Assembly: GCF_006345805.1 (NCBI RefSeq) | Contig: NC_043003.1 | Span: 54,622,001 to 54,686,000 of the forward strand | Reading direction: 5' to 3' | From: Octopus sinensis | Lineage: Eukaryota | DNA: 64,000 nt | Shown here: positions 40,609-52,510 of the stretch, in pieces | Position numbering within the stretch: position 1 is the stretch's first letter | Layout: each line of letters opens with the position of its first letter | Made by a program: the position numbers and the translations under genes | Notes under the pieces: model-generated | What the model saw: only the letters and a program-made list of their open reading frames with translations | What the model was told of the DNA's origin: nothing | The model's database searches: none

Positions 40609-41748
40609 TTACATACATATATATGCGACGGGTTTATTCGAAATTTGATCTACCATATCTACTTGCATGGCTTTAGTCAGCCCGATCCTATAGTAGAAGT
40701 CACGTGCCCAAGGTGACATGCAGTGTGACTCAACCCCGAACCATTTGGTTGCGAAGCAAACTTACCACACAGCCGAGTCTATTTGTTGATATAATAAGAA
40801 GAAAGCATGCATCGGTGTGTGTTCGAGAGGTTCTCTCGTTTGAATATGGTTTTCGAGATCTATCTTACTGCGTATCACTTCACACGAGCAACTACTACTG
40901 TCAAATGAGTTTAGCAAGACGTTGATAGTGGACATTCGGAAACGAAAATTACTTGATCATCCATTGGTATGACCGTCTTATTTGGTGATCATTCGTGATC
41001 ATCAGTCGGTGAGATATTAGTCTTAGAATTACTTTGTGGTGTTCTCTTGCACTATCAGCAGAATTTTTTCCGGTTTTCGTAAAGTAATCTCTGACGCAAG
41101 TTATAGGTCTGAAGATGAGACTTCTTTACATCAGCCTCACAACATCTGAAATTAATGAAGGGTGTTTCCATGCTTCCGTTGATAAAATCATAAAACAGGA
41201 AGTTAACAGATATAATATTTTGAAAGACGCACTAAAGTGGAACACATAACGATGTAGATCATTGCTTGAGAAATGGCGGGATAGCCACTACGTTAGCGAC
41301 TGCTTCTTTGACAGCTGTAACGTAAAACGATAGGTCGCATCCATTTCAATTTTCGATTAGAATACGCGAGTGATGGGAATGAGCGCTGCAATTTAAAGTA
41401 CAAGTCTTGAAGATACGTTTATATAATTAAACGATTTGGCTTGGACATACGCCATGACAATTATGTGGTATTTACTAACGTAAATTCTACAGCACATTTT
41501 ACTTATATAATCAAATATGTACGTATTTACTTGTCTTCCTGCTTGTCTATTTCTGTCGTCTGTCACCATTTCAATTCTCGACTACATAGATATATACGCA
41601 TTCACGCACAAACACAAACATACAACTTCAGCAGTATTCCCTTATGAAAATATAATGAGACACCTTAAAAATATTGAATGATACTTCTGTTACAGATTAA
41701 CTATCGTGAAGAATGATTAAAAAAAAATACAACACAGGTTAAATTGCA

Positions 41749-41873
<125 letters not shown>

Positions 41874-41917
41874 GTCTGTGTCTCTGCCTGTCTGTTTGTC
41901 TGTGTTTTCTCTGTCTG

Positions 41918-41950
<33 letters not shown>

Positions 41951-42750
41951 ATCTATCTATCTATCTATCTATCTAATGATCTATCTATGTGTATGTGTAT
42001 ATACCTACACGCAGACGCACACATACACACACACATATACCTACGCACATATACGCATATGTGTGGGAATCCCTGCATATGTATGTGTGGTCGCATGCTT
42101 GTGTGTATGCACTTACATTCATGTGTAGACACCGAGAAAAGTACTTTCGTAAAGAATAGTATACATTGTATACATAACTAGAATGGAATACTAAAAACTA
42201 CACGCATGCATTCCCGTATGCATTACATTCTTATAGACATATGCATATACATATAGGCACAGACTGATAAAATGGAGGAAGGGGAGAGACACAAGCCCAG
42301 CGCGGTTAAAGGATACTTAGAAATGATTTGTATGTAGCTGGGAAGATATTCGGGCAATCTGTGGTATCAAGGGTACATCGGTAAAATGTCGAAGTTTTAG
42401 TAATATCATTTTCATCAAAGAATGAGTATGGCGTTATATACCTTCTACGGCAGAATATAATTACTTAATTACAGCTATATCACAGGCACAGACAAACAAA
42501 TAGACAGACAGACATACACACACACACTCACAAACACATATACACACATGCATAATTATTCCTTTATGTGGAAAACATGTTTATAATTACGTCAATAACG
42601 CATAATCTGCCTCAGACACGTACATACATGTATGGATACATATAAGATATGCATATTTGCGCATACACTCTCACATATATGCATGTCTGTGTGTGTACAT
42701 ACACGCAAACACACATACACACACACGCACACACACACACACATATATAT

Positions 42751-45637
42751 CCTAGCAGTGGATCTTTTCGCGGGCGCTTGTCAGCGTGCATTGGAGCGGT
42801 TCAACTTCTCCAGGCGCCAACGCCGCCTCAACATCTCCCCGGCTGAGCTCTTTGCTCTTCGTTCCCTCCAACGGCGCGCTGACATTATCATCAAACCGGC
42901 TGACAAGGGTGGAGCTGTAGTGTGTGGCGCGCGGACCTCTATAGGCCGAGGCTTTCCGCCAACTCAATGACACCTCCTTCTATTCCCCTCTGCCCTCTAA
43001 CCCCACACGTAGCTACCAACAGACGGTATCCTCTACTGTCCAAGACCTCATCTCGTCCTCCCGTCTCCCCGCACCGCATCCAACCTAATTGTGGAAACCC
43101 CACGTACCCCCACCATTTACTTCCCTCCCCAAAATCCACAAACCCAACAACCCTGGCCGCCCCATCGTCTCCGCCTGTAACTGCCCCACGGAGCTCATCT
43201 CTAAATACCTCGACCGTGTCCTTGCCCCCCTAATGGCATCTCTTCCTCCCACATCCACGATACCAACCATGCTCTCCGGCTTTTCAACTCTTTCTCCTTT
43301 CCTCCGGCTCCTCCAAAATCCTTTTTACTATGGACATCCAAAGCCTCTATACTGTTATCCCTCACCACGAAGGACTGCAGGCCCTTCGACACTTTCTTGA
43401 CCTCCGCTCTAACCCTGTACCTGACACCTCCACACTCATTCGTCTGGCGAACTTGTCCTTACTCTGAACTGCTTCTCGTTCGCGGGCGAGTTCTACCATC
43501 AGGTCTCGGGAGTGGCCATGGAACGCGAATGGGCCCCCACTATGCGAACCTGTTCGTTGGCTATGTTGAGGCCCAAATATTCTCTAATTTCACTGGTCCC
43601 ACTCCTGAACTATATGGTCGTTATATTGACGACATTATCGGTGCCACCTCACTCTCCCGCGAACATCTAGATTCCTTCCTCTCTTTCGTCCATCTTTCCA
43701 TCCAGCCCTCCACTTCACTTCCACTATCTCCAACACCTCTGTCTCCTTCCTCGACATTTCGGTTAGCATTCTTCACTCCACTCTTACCACCTCCATTCAC
43801 TACCACAACACACAGACTCACACTCAACCTCAACTCTCTTCCTCCCACCCAGAACACACCAAGCTTTCCATCCCCTATTCCCAATTCCTCCGTCTACGTA
43901 GGCTCTGTAGTGACGACCATGACTTTGAGACTCAGTCTCAACGTATGGCTCACCACTTCACCCTACGTGGATACCCTCTCACCACTATCCACACCGCCCT
44001 TGCCAGAGCACGGTCCGTGGACCGTGTATCTGCTCTCTCTCCCCGAACCCGCCCTGTAGTCTCCCGCCTCACTTTTCCCCTCACTTACCACCCCACGACC
44101 CTACGTCTCCAACGCACCATTCTTCGAGCTTTCCGTCATCTCCAGTCCGACCCGTCCACTTCACACCTCTTCCCTAACCGACCCCTCCCCTCTTTCAAAC
44201 GAGCCCACAACCTTCGAGGCCTTTTGGTCCGTAGCTCCTTCCCTGACCCTACCTCCCAACCCGGCTCGTTCCCCTGCTCCCGCCCACGTTGCCGCACTTG
44301 CCCTTACCTCTCCAACATCACCCGCCTCACTAGCACCCACCATCGACCCTATCCCATCATCCACTCCTTCACCTGCACCTCAGTAATATTATCTATTGCA
44401 TCTCTTGCTCTCTCTGCAATTCCTTGTACATCGGACAAACGGGACGCCGCTTGGCTGACCGGTTCGCGGAACACCTTCGTGACATCCACCTTGCGAACGA
44501 CACACGGTCTCACGCCATTTCCGCTCCACCGGTCACTCCTTGCAACACCTATCTGTGTTCGGTTTGTCCTACACAGAGGCCATCCGGATTCCCGTTTGCG
44601 CCGTGAACAGGAATTAATCTTCTCTCTTCGCTCTTATACGCCATTTGGTCTCAACTCTCCCCCCTCCTCATCTAACCCCCCTCTCCCCCTCCTCACCTAT
44701 CCTTTCTCCCCCGACCCCTACTTCTTCAGTCCTTCATCCTTTCACCCCTACTCCCCTTCCCTTCTTCCCTCTTCTCCCTCCCTCTTCCCCTTCCCTCTGC
44801 TCCCTCACTCCCTCTCTCCCCTTCTCTCTCCCCCTCCTCCCTTATCCCCCTCCTCACCTTCCTTCTCCCCCATCGTCTCCTCTTTCCCCCTTCTCCTCCC
44901 CTCTTCTTCCCCTCCCCTTCTCCCCCCTCTTCTCCCCCTCCCCCTCTTCTCCTCACTACAACCACATGACTTTACACATCACATCACATATGATGTGCCA
45001 TACTAATACACACACCAACTAATACATACTAATACGTACTAATACATACTAGTACATACTAATACTTACACCAACCCTATACATACACACGTCCAGACTC
45101 CGCATACGCACTTATACTCTCTCTCACACACACACACACACCTATATACAACCAATACGTACTAATACATACTAATACATACTATACATACACCAACCCC
45201 ATACATACGCACGTCCAGACCAATCTTACGCACTAATACTCTCTCATACATACACACACACACACACACCCTTATACATACTAATACATACACCAACCCT
45301 ATACATACACACATCCAGACCCCTCCCACGCACTTTTAGCTGGTCCCTCAACCCATTTATCAACCCTATTATCTCCCCTTATTTCGCTCTCGCGTCTCAT
45401 GTTTGATCTTTGACCTCTGGCCGAAATCAGATCGCCATGTTGATTCGTTAGCTACTGCACGCATTTTTTTCTCTCCTTCTTTCTGTGTTTTTCTCTCTCT
45501 GTGTATCTTTCTGTTGAAGAGCGTAGGCTCGAAACGTTAAAGACTTGTTTTATTTATATTCCTGAGCGCCATACTAATACAATGTTCGTTTGTTTTCCAC
45601 CTGCCTTCGTCTTTTGTTTATTTCATAAAGCTTCCCG
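42751..45637 (+). mobile_element. Penelope-like retroelement (Neptune-type Cys linker), 5'-truncated; RT, GIY-YIG, 3' region and pLTR
   Basis: IIIKPADKGGAVV; LPKIHKPNNPGRPIVSACNCPTELISKYLD; GTRMGPHYANLFVGYVE; YGRYIDDII (YIDD at 43622-43633); CSRPRCRTC linker; LYIGQTGRRLADRFAEHLRDI at 44424; (TA)n at both ends; several frameshifts. Confidence 0.95.
45506..45543 (+). ncRNA. Minimal type I hammerhead-ribozyme-like motif with atypical core (CUGUUGA)
   Basis: tcttt-CTGTTGA-a-GAGC-gtag-GCTC-GAAA-CGT-T-aaaga: helix I tcttt/aaaga, helix II gagc/gctc, palindromic ACGT helix III; located in a Penelope pLTR; activity untested. Confidence 0.6.
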
Positions 45638-45679
45638 TTATATATATATATACATGTATACAAATACATTCATTATCTA

Positions 45680-45887
45680 TATCTTTTATCTTTTACTTGT
45701 TTCAGTCACTAGACTGCGGCCACGTTGTAGCCTTTAAGTATCTGTAGTCGAAATTAATCGATTCCAGGAAGTTTTGAAAGCCTTGTACTTATTGTATCGA
45801 TCACTTTTCCCGAACCCCTAAGCAGATGGAACAACGCAGATACAGACACAGACACACAGACACACAGACAGACAAACAGACAGACAC

Positions 45888-45920
<33 letters not shown>

Positions 45921-46090
45921 AACACATAGAGACCTATACATACATACATATATACGACGAGCTTCTTTCACTTCACATCTACGAAATTCACCCGTAAGAT
46001 TTAAGTAGGCTCGAATCTATAGTAGAAGATGCTTGTCCAAGATGCCACACAGTGGAATTTAATCCGGAACCACACAACCACATTTACGAC
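45680..46090 (-). mobile_element. S1 SINE with expanded internal (CAGA/CA)n
   Basis: ttttacttgtttcagtca..gactgcggcc tail and cttgtccaagatgccacacagtgg head-side match 50321-50708. Confidence 0.75.
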
Positions 46091-46118
46091 TATCTCCCTC
46101 TCTCTCTCTCTCTATCTG

Positions 46119-46275
<157 letters not shown>

Positions 46276-46533
46276 TTCAGAACATATAAACATACATAGA
46301 ACGATATATTTTGTACACTCAGAACGTCTGTGTGCGTGTATGTGTGTATATTTGTACCCCGCACTACACATGTATATATAGACACATATAAAAACGGTCA
46401 GTAGGTGAGAGCTAGATAACCTCACTTTAGCAATCACATAATATTGCTTGAATGAATTACAACTTCAACTTCTTCATGAAGAGCAGATATACCGTCGATT
46501 TATGACATTACATAATTTCGTTATATTTTATAG

Positions 46534-46973
46534 TATCGACATATATACCAAACCTATCTTCGTTTATAAGCATTATTGCCTCTCAGTGGCACAGAAAAAA
46601 TAGTGACAAATATCGGGTTCATATTTTGACGAAGGGCAGTAATTTCGGGAGCGGGTACAAGTCGATTAGATCGGCCCCAGTGCTCAACTGGTATTTATTT
46701 TATCGCGCACGAAAGGACAAAAGGTAAATCGAATTCGGCGGTATTTGAATTCATAACGTATCGTCAGAAGAAATATTGTTAAGTATATGCCCTGCGTGCT
46801 AGCGATTCGTCCAGCTCACCGCCTTAACTGGCACAAGTCCAGCGCTCATAACCGCCCCCGAAATTACTGCCCTTGCGTCAAAATATGAACCCGATATTTG
46901 TCACTATTTTTTCTGTGCCACTGAGTGGCAATAATGCATATAAACGAAGTTAAGTTTGGTATATATGTCGATA
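46534..46973. repeat. Inverted duplication (about 120-bp arms) around an S2 SINE (46625-46826, minus strand)
   Basis: Arms 46534-46655 and 46853-46973 comprise the SINE tail plus its flank. Confidence 0.9.
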
Positions 46974-47034
46974 GATAACCCTGTAAAAGATATAGATAAT
47001 GAATGTATATATACATATATAAAAATATGGAATG

Positions 47035-47352
47035 GAAGCTCTCCGTCGGTTACGACGACGAGGGTTCCGGTTGATCCGAATCAACGGAACAGCCTGCTCG
47101 TGAAATTAACGTGTAAGTGGCTGAGCACTCCACAGACACGTGTACCCTTAACTTAGTTCTCGGGGATATTCAGCGTGACACAGAGAGTGACAAGGCTGGC
47201 CCTTTGAAATACAGGTACAACAGAAACAGGAAGTAAGAGTGAGAGAAAGTTGTGGTGAAAGAGTACAGCAGGGATCACCACCATCCCCTGCCGGAGCCTC
47301 GTGGAGCTTTTAGGTGTTTTCGCTCAATAAACACTCACAACGCCCGGTCTGG
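47035..47352 (-). mobile_element. Composite SINE: S4 tail joined to S3 body
   Basis: Homology to 35846-36157 and 28397-28700. Confidence 0.75.
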
Positions 47353-47529
47353 GTTATAAATATATATATATATGTGTGTATGTGTGTGTATGTATATACA
47401 CACACACATGCATACATGTGAGATGTGTGCGCAAATATGCGTATCTTATATGTATCTATACATGTATGCACGTGTCTGAGGCAGATTATGCCTTATTGAC
47501 GTAATTATAAACATGTTTTCCATATAAAG

Positions 47530-47880
47530 AGGGGGCAGGTGATAATCATTGACCTCAGTGCTCAACTAGTACTTATTCTATTGATCCTGACATGAAAGGC
47601 AAAGTCGACCTCACAGTAACTTCAATTCAGAACGTAAATATGGACGAAATCGCGCTAGGCGTTTAGCCCAGGCTGTAAACGATTCTAGCAGCACATCGCC
47701 TTAATTGTAAATAATATCAAATTTGTGCAAGGGCAGCGAGTTGACGGACACGTTAGCATGCTGGGCATGCCTTTTAATCTTTCGGGTCGATCGGTTAAGC
47801 ACCAGTTTCGTACTGGAGTCGATCTAATCCCATCCCCCCAAATTTCGGGCCTTGTGCCTAGAGTAGAAAAGAATATTAAA
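47530..47880 (-). mobile_element. Two diverged S2 SINE copies
   Basis: gaaaggcaaagtcgacctc and tcagaacgtaa; second copy tail aaatttcgggccttgtgcctagagtagaaaaga. Confidence 0.65.
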
Positions 47881-48228
47881 TTTGCGCTGTCTTCCTCCTC
47901 TTTATATGTATAGTATCCGTTACGCTTCGTAATGTGTACACATTTTTTTTTTTTACCATGGCGATACATGTAGTTACTGCGCAGGTGAACGTGAAAAAGT
48001 TTTGCAAAGTTCTAATGTGAAAGTATGGATAGCCAACAGATCGAGTTGGCTGCTACATTGGAAGTAAACAATTTTCTACCCTGGCACACCCTACTCCATG
48101 CATGTATGTATGTATCTGTGTATGTATGTATGTATGTATGTATGTATGTATGTATGTATGTATGTATGTATGTATGTATGTATGCATGCATGTATGCGTG
48201 TATGCATTTACGTACGCACATATGTATG

Positions 48229-48713
48229 TCATTCAGTTTTTGTTCAAGATTCCTTGCCAATAGAGAAAGAGTCGGTTCCTAACCTAGATTCAAGACTTCA
48301 TTGGAATTTCAACATCATCAACGGGGTATTTTTGTTTGTTTATATCTATACGTGCAGATTCGTATGTTTTATGTATGCATTCTCATGCATATAGTTGCAT
48401 ATCTAGACATGCTCATATATATTTAAAAGATAAACTTCTGGAGAGTTCTACTGATGTTTACAGTTCCAGTGATGGATTCGATCTGTAATTTTCAAGTAGC
48501 TTTATCCTTTCTGTTTTTGAGAAGTTTAATTTCTCAAGATTCATTTAGGCAGTGTGCTACATATTCCAGGGCCCCAATAATTACAGGTATAAATCTGAAA
48601 TTGTAATCTGGATAGAATTCCTGCAGTTTTATCAACAGTTCAGCGTAGGTGTTCTCGTTTTCACTGATCGTTAGCTTTATGTTAACATTCGCTGCGCAGC
48701 TAATTTCCACAAA
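48229..48713 (-). mobile_element. R4/Dong-like (REL endonuclease) LINE 3' end in (TATG)n; second short 3' end at 48827-48900
   Basis: VEISCAANVNIKLTISENENTYAELLIKLQEFYPDYNFRFIPVIIGALEYV...ITGTVNI..F* fits the REL C-terminus (IE.S..K..Y..L...IPxxxGALG); (CATA)n on both sides. Confidence 0.8.
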
Positions 48714-49595
48714 TGTGCGTACGTGCGTATGTATGTATACGTGTATGTATGTATGTATGTATGTATGTATGTATGTATGTATGTACGTATGTATGTATGT
48801 ATGCATATATGTATGTGTGTATGTATTTCATTATTTAATTTATTTTAAGATTCCCTGCCAATAGCGAAAGAACTGGTTGCTAACCCAGATCCAAGGTTCC
48901 TGTATATATGTATGTATGTGTGAGTGTGTGCATGTATGCATGTATGTATGTATGTATGTATGTGTGTATGTATGTATGTATGTGTGTATGTATGTATGTA
49001 TGTATGTATGTATGTATGTATGTATGTATGTATGTATGTATGTATGTACGTGTAGTGGTGTATGTAGCTGAATAGTTGAATGATCTCCCTTGCAATAAGG
49101 ATTATAGAGTAACCTCCTTTTAGAAAGTTCCTCGGAGCATCTGTGTCATGAGACGTGATTCTTAATTATTCAATAAGCGTGTCGTTTCTCTTGAAAGTTT
49201 CTAGAATCTCTAGCGTTCCATTAATAAAAACAGCTTGCTAACCCTGCTCTTCACTTCTTATTCGATTGGACTTAGAGCCATTCACGTCATTACTATGTCC
49301 GTCTATTTCTCCACACCACATAATTGAAAGCCTCCACTTAGGTGTTATTTCTATATTTCCTATTTCTGAACTTTCTTGCATAGACTACTTCATTCAACTA
49401 CAGTCTACATTTTGATTATGTACCATTATCGACCAGTAAAAAAAAAACTTTTGTGTAGTAAATATATAGTTCTTAAATTTATTCTTCCTCTCTATATGAA
49501 CTCTTGTAATAATATACATGCAGCTACATCTACACCTATATATAACATCTACGTATATATGTATGTATGTATGTATATATATCTCTCTCTATCTT

Positions 49596-49671
<76 letters not shown>

Positions 49672-49698
49672 GCTATATATATATATATATATATATAT

Positions 49699-50096
49699 TA
49701 CATTATAAAAATAGGGTTCAGTAAAATAATTTACATTACCACACACCGAACTTTTTAGAAATAGCAGCCAAAACTTTTACCTACTTTTTCTACTGTAAGA
49801 AAAATATCCCAGACAATGCATACTAAAAAATCTGAGAAATCCTTGAGCTGACGAAGGAAGTGTCGATCTTTATAATCAACTAATCCAGAAACGGGCCTTT
49901 TCTCAGGTAATCTTATATAGGTGTGATCTTTCTTTATTTTTCCCTCTATACCTGTGTGGGTTATTTTTGAGTATGCATTGTCTGGGAGATTTTTCTTACT
50001 GTAGGAGAAATAGCTAAAGTTTTTGGCTGCTATTTCTAAAAAGTTCGGTGTGTGGTAAAGTAAATTATTTTACTGAACCCTATTTTTTTAATGTAA
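49699..50096. repeat. Foldback element (about 133-bp arms) with a hammerhead-like core in the spacer
   Basis: Arms 49699-49831 and 49963-50096; CTGACGA at 49848-49854, GAAA at 49888-49891, ctgagaaa/tttctcag closing helix. Confidence 0.85.
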
Positions 50097-50287
50097 TGTT
50101 TCAAATATACCGTAAATGGTCTTTTTACATACTAAACACTACTTGGTAAAATTAATTAATAATTAATTAGTTTTACCCTTTTATTATTGACTATATATAT
50201 TCACATCTATGTATGAATACGTCTAAAATATATTCAAAGCGTTGCACCATTATGACTGCAGTCTAATGTAACTGAAACAAGTAATAC

Positions 50288-50320
<33 letters not shown>

Positions 50321-50321
<1 letters not shown>

Positions 50322-50708
50322 TCTTTACTCTCTTTTACTCTTTTACTTGTTTCAGTTATTTGACTGCGGCCATGCTGGAGCACCGCCTTTAATCGAGCAA
50401 CTCGACCTCGGGACTTATTCTTTTGTAAGCCCAGTACTTATTCTATCGGTCTCTTTTGCCGAACCACTAAGTGTCGGGGACATAAACACACCAGCATCGG
50501 TTGTCAAGCAATGCTAGGGGGACAAACACAGACACATAAACCCACACACGCATATACATATATATGCATATATACGACGGGCTTCTTTCAGTTTCCGTCT
50601 ACCAAATCCACTCACAAGGCTTTGGTCGGCCCGAGGCTATAGTAGAACACACTTGCCCAAGGTGCCATGCAGTGGGATTGAACCCGGAACCATGTGGTTG
50701 GTAAACAA
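50321..50708 (-). mobile_element. S1 SINE, near full length
   Basis: Reverse complement reads taagtagcttg..ggttccgggttcaatccc (B-box), gcaccttgggcaagtgt core, internal (TG/TA)n, tail aaacaagtaaaagagtaaaagag. Confidence 0.9.
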
Positions 50709-50714
50709 GCTACT

Positions 50715-50955
50715 TACCCTTTTAAAGTCTACCCAGGCTCATGGGCCCGGTTTCCCAGTTTCTATCGTGTATGTGTTCCCCAGCTGGACGGGATGCCAGT
50801 CCATCGCAGCGTTACTCATTTTTGCCAGCTGAGTAGACTGGAGGAACGTGAAATGAAGTGTTTTGCTCAAGAATACAACGTGTCGCCCGGTCCAGGAATC
50901 GAAACCACAATCTTACGATCATGATGCTGACTCACTAACGATAAGCCACGCGCCT

Positions 50956-50958
<3 letters not shown>
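50715..50958 (-). mobile_element. tRNA-derived SINE with gcgatggactggcatcccgtccag central motif
   Basis: ggaggcgcgtggctta head, ggtttcgattcc B-box; central motif reminiscent of V-domain SINEs (from memory). Confidence 0.8.
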
Positions 50959-50991
<33 letters not shown>

Positions 50992-51007
50992 CACACACAC
51001 ACACACA

Positions 51008-51053
<46 letters not shown>

Positions 51054-51255
51054 CTGTATATATATATATATATGTATATATATCAATCTATCTATCTATC
51101 TGTGCGTGTCTGTACCCGCGTGTGTGAGTGTGTATATATGCATGTACCACCAAAAATACATAAAGAAAATAAAAGAATGATTAGGATATCCGTTTGGGTA
51201 TGCGTGAATTTTCTTAGTGTACTTCCACAAACGTTCCTATGTATCTGTCTGTCAG

Positions 51256-51333
<78 letters not shown>

Positions 51334-51344
51334 AATCTATCTAT

Positions 51345-51415
<71 letters not shown>

Positions 51416-51939
51416 CTGTCTGTCTATCTGTCCCTCTGTTTGCTTGCATGTATATCTGTGTCTGTTTATATATTCATAAGTACACACATATATACACCAA
51501 TATACACAATCTCTGGTATGCATACTGTTGTTAGCGAATCTATTATCACTACGGCTCTGCCTTTTAATCCCCCTCCCAGCATAACCCTGTCAGTTGAAGA
51601 TTATGTCAACATATTTCAACCATCTCGACCGCATTTTCTTGGGTCTTTGAGAAGCAAATACTAATCACACTTGAAAAGTTACCGATCCACCCTTCTGCCT
51701 ATCTTCTTGTTTTCCTTCTCACCTATCTTCTCTCTTAGCAAGCTATTAACATACCATCACCATAACGGCCATTGCAATCACCCGTCACCACGTCTGACAT
51801 CATCGCCACGATTATTATTCGTTTCCATAACAACGCCCCTGCGCCATATACATCAGCAACAGAGGCATTGCGATTACCTTCTTCCAATAGTTCTCCTTCT
51901 CTACTTGTGTCTCTTATTCGTCTTCTTTCTTCTTTTGCC

Positions 51940-52510
51940 CCGTCGTCATCATCATCCCCACCATCATCGTCTTCATCATCATCATCATCATCATCATCAC
52001 CACCACCACCACCACAACCACCACCACCACCACCACCACCACCACCACTACCACCACCACCACCACCACCACCACCACTACCACCACCACCATCACCATC
52101 ATCATCATCATCATCATCTTCACACCGTCTTCATCCCCATCCCGCAAGCTTCATCAGGTTCAGCACCCTGGCATCGACAACGGGCATCATCATCATCGTC
52201 GGCGTCATTATCAACATCATCATCATCACCATCACTATCATTAACCTCCTCCTTCTCATCGCCACACGTCATGATGATGGTAATGATGATGATGATGATG
52301 ATGATGATAATCACCATCTTCATCGTTGTCGTCGTTGTCGTCGTCGTTGCCGTTGTTGTCATCGTCAACGTCGCCCTCTTTGTCGTCACTGCCGTCGCCG
52401 TCGTCACACTGTTGCCATCGCTTCCTTCAAGATCGCACTGAAGATCATAATCATGATGAACGCCGCCGCTAACACCACCACCACCACCACCACCACCACT
52501 ACTCACATAA
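51940..52510. repeat. Compound triplet low-complexity tract (CAT/CAC/GAT/GTC)n
   Basis: Runs of catcat, caccac, gatgat and gtcgtc; these generate the poly-H/P/V ORFs. Confidence 0.9.
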
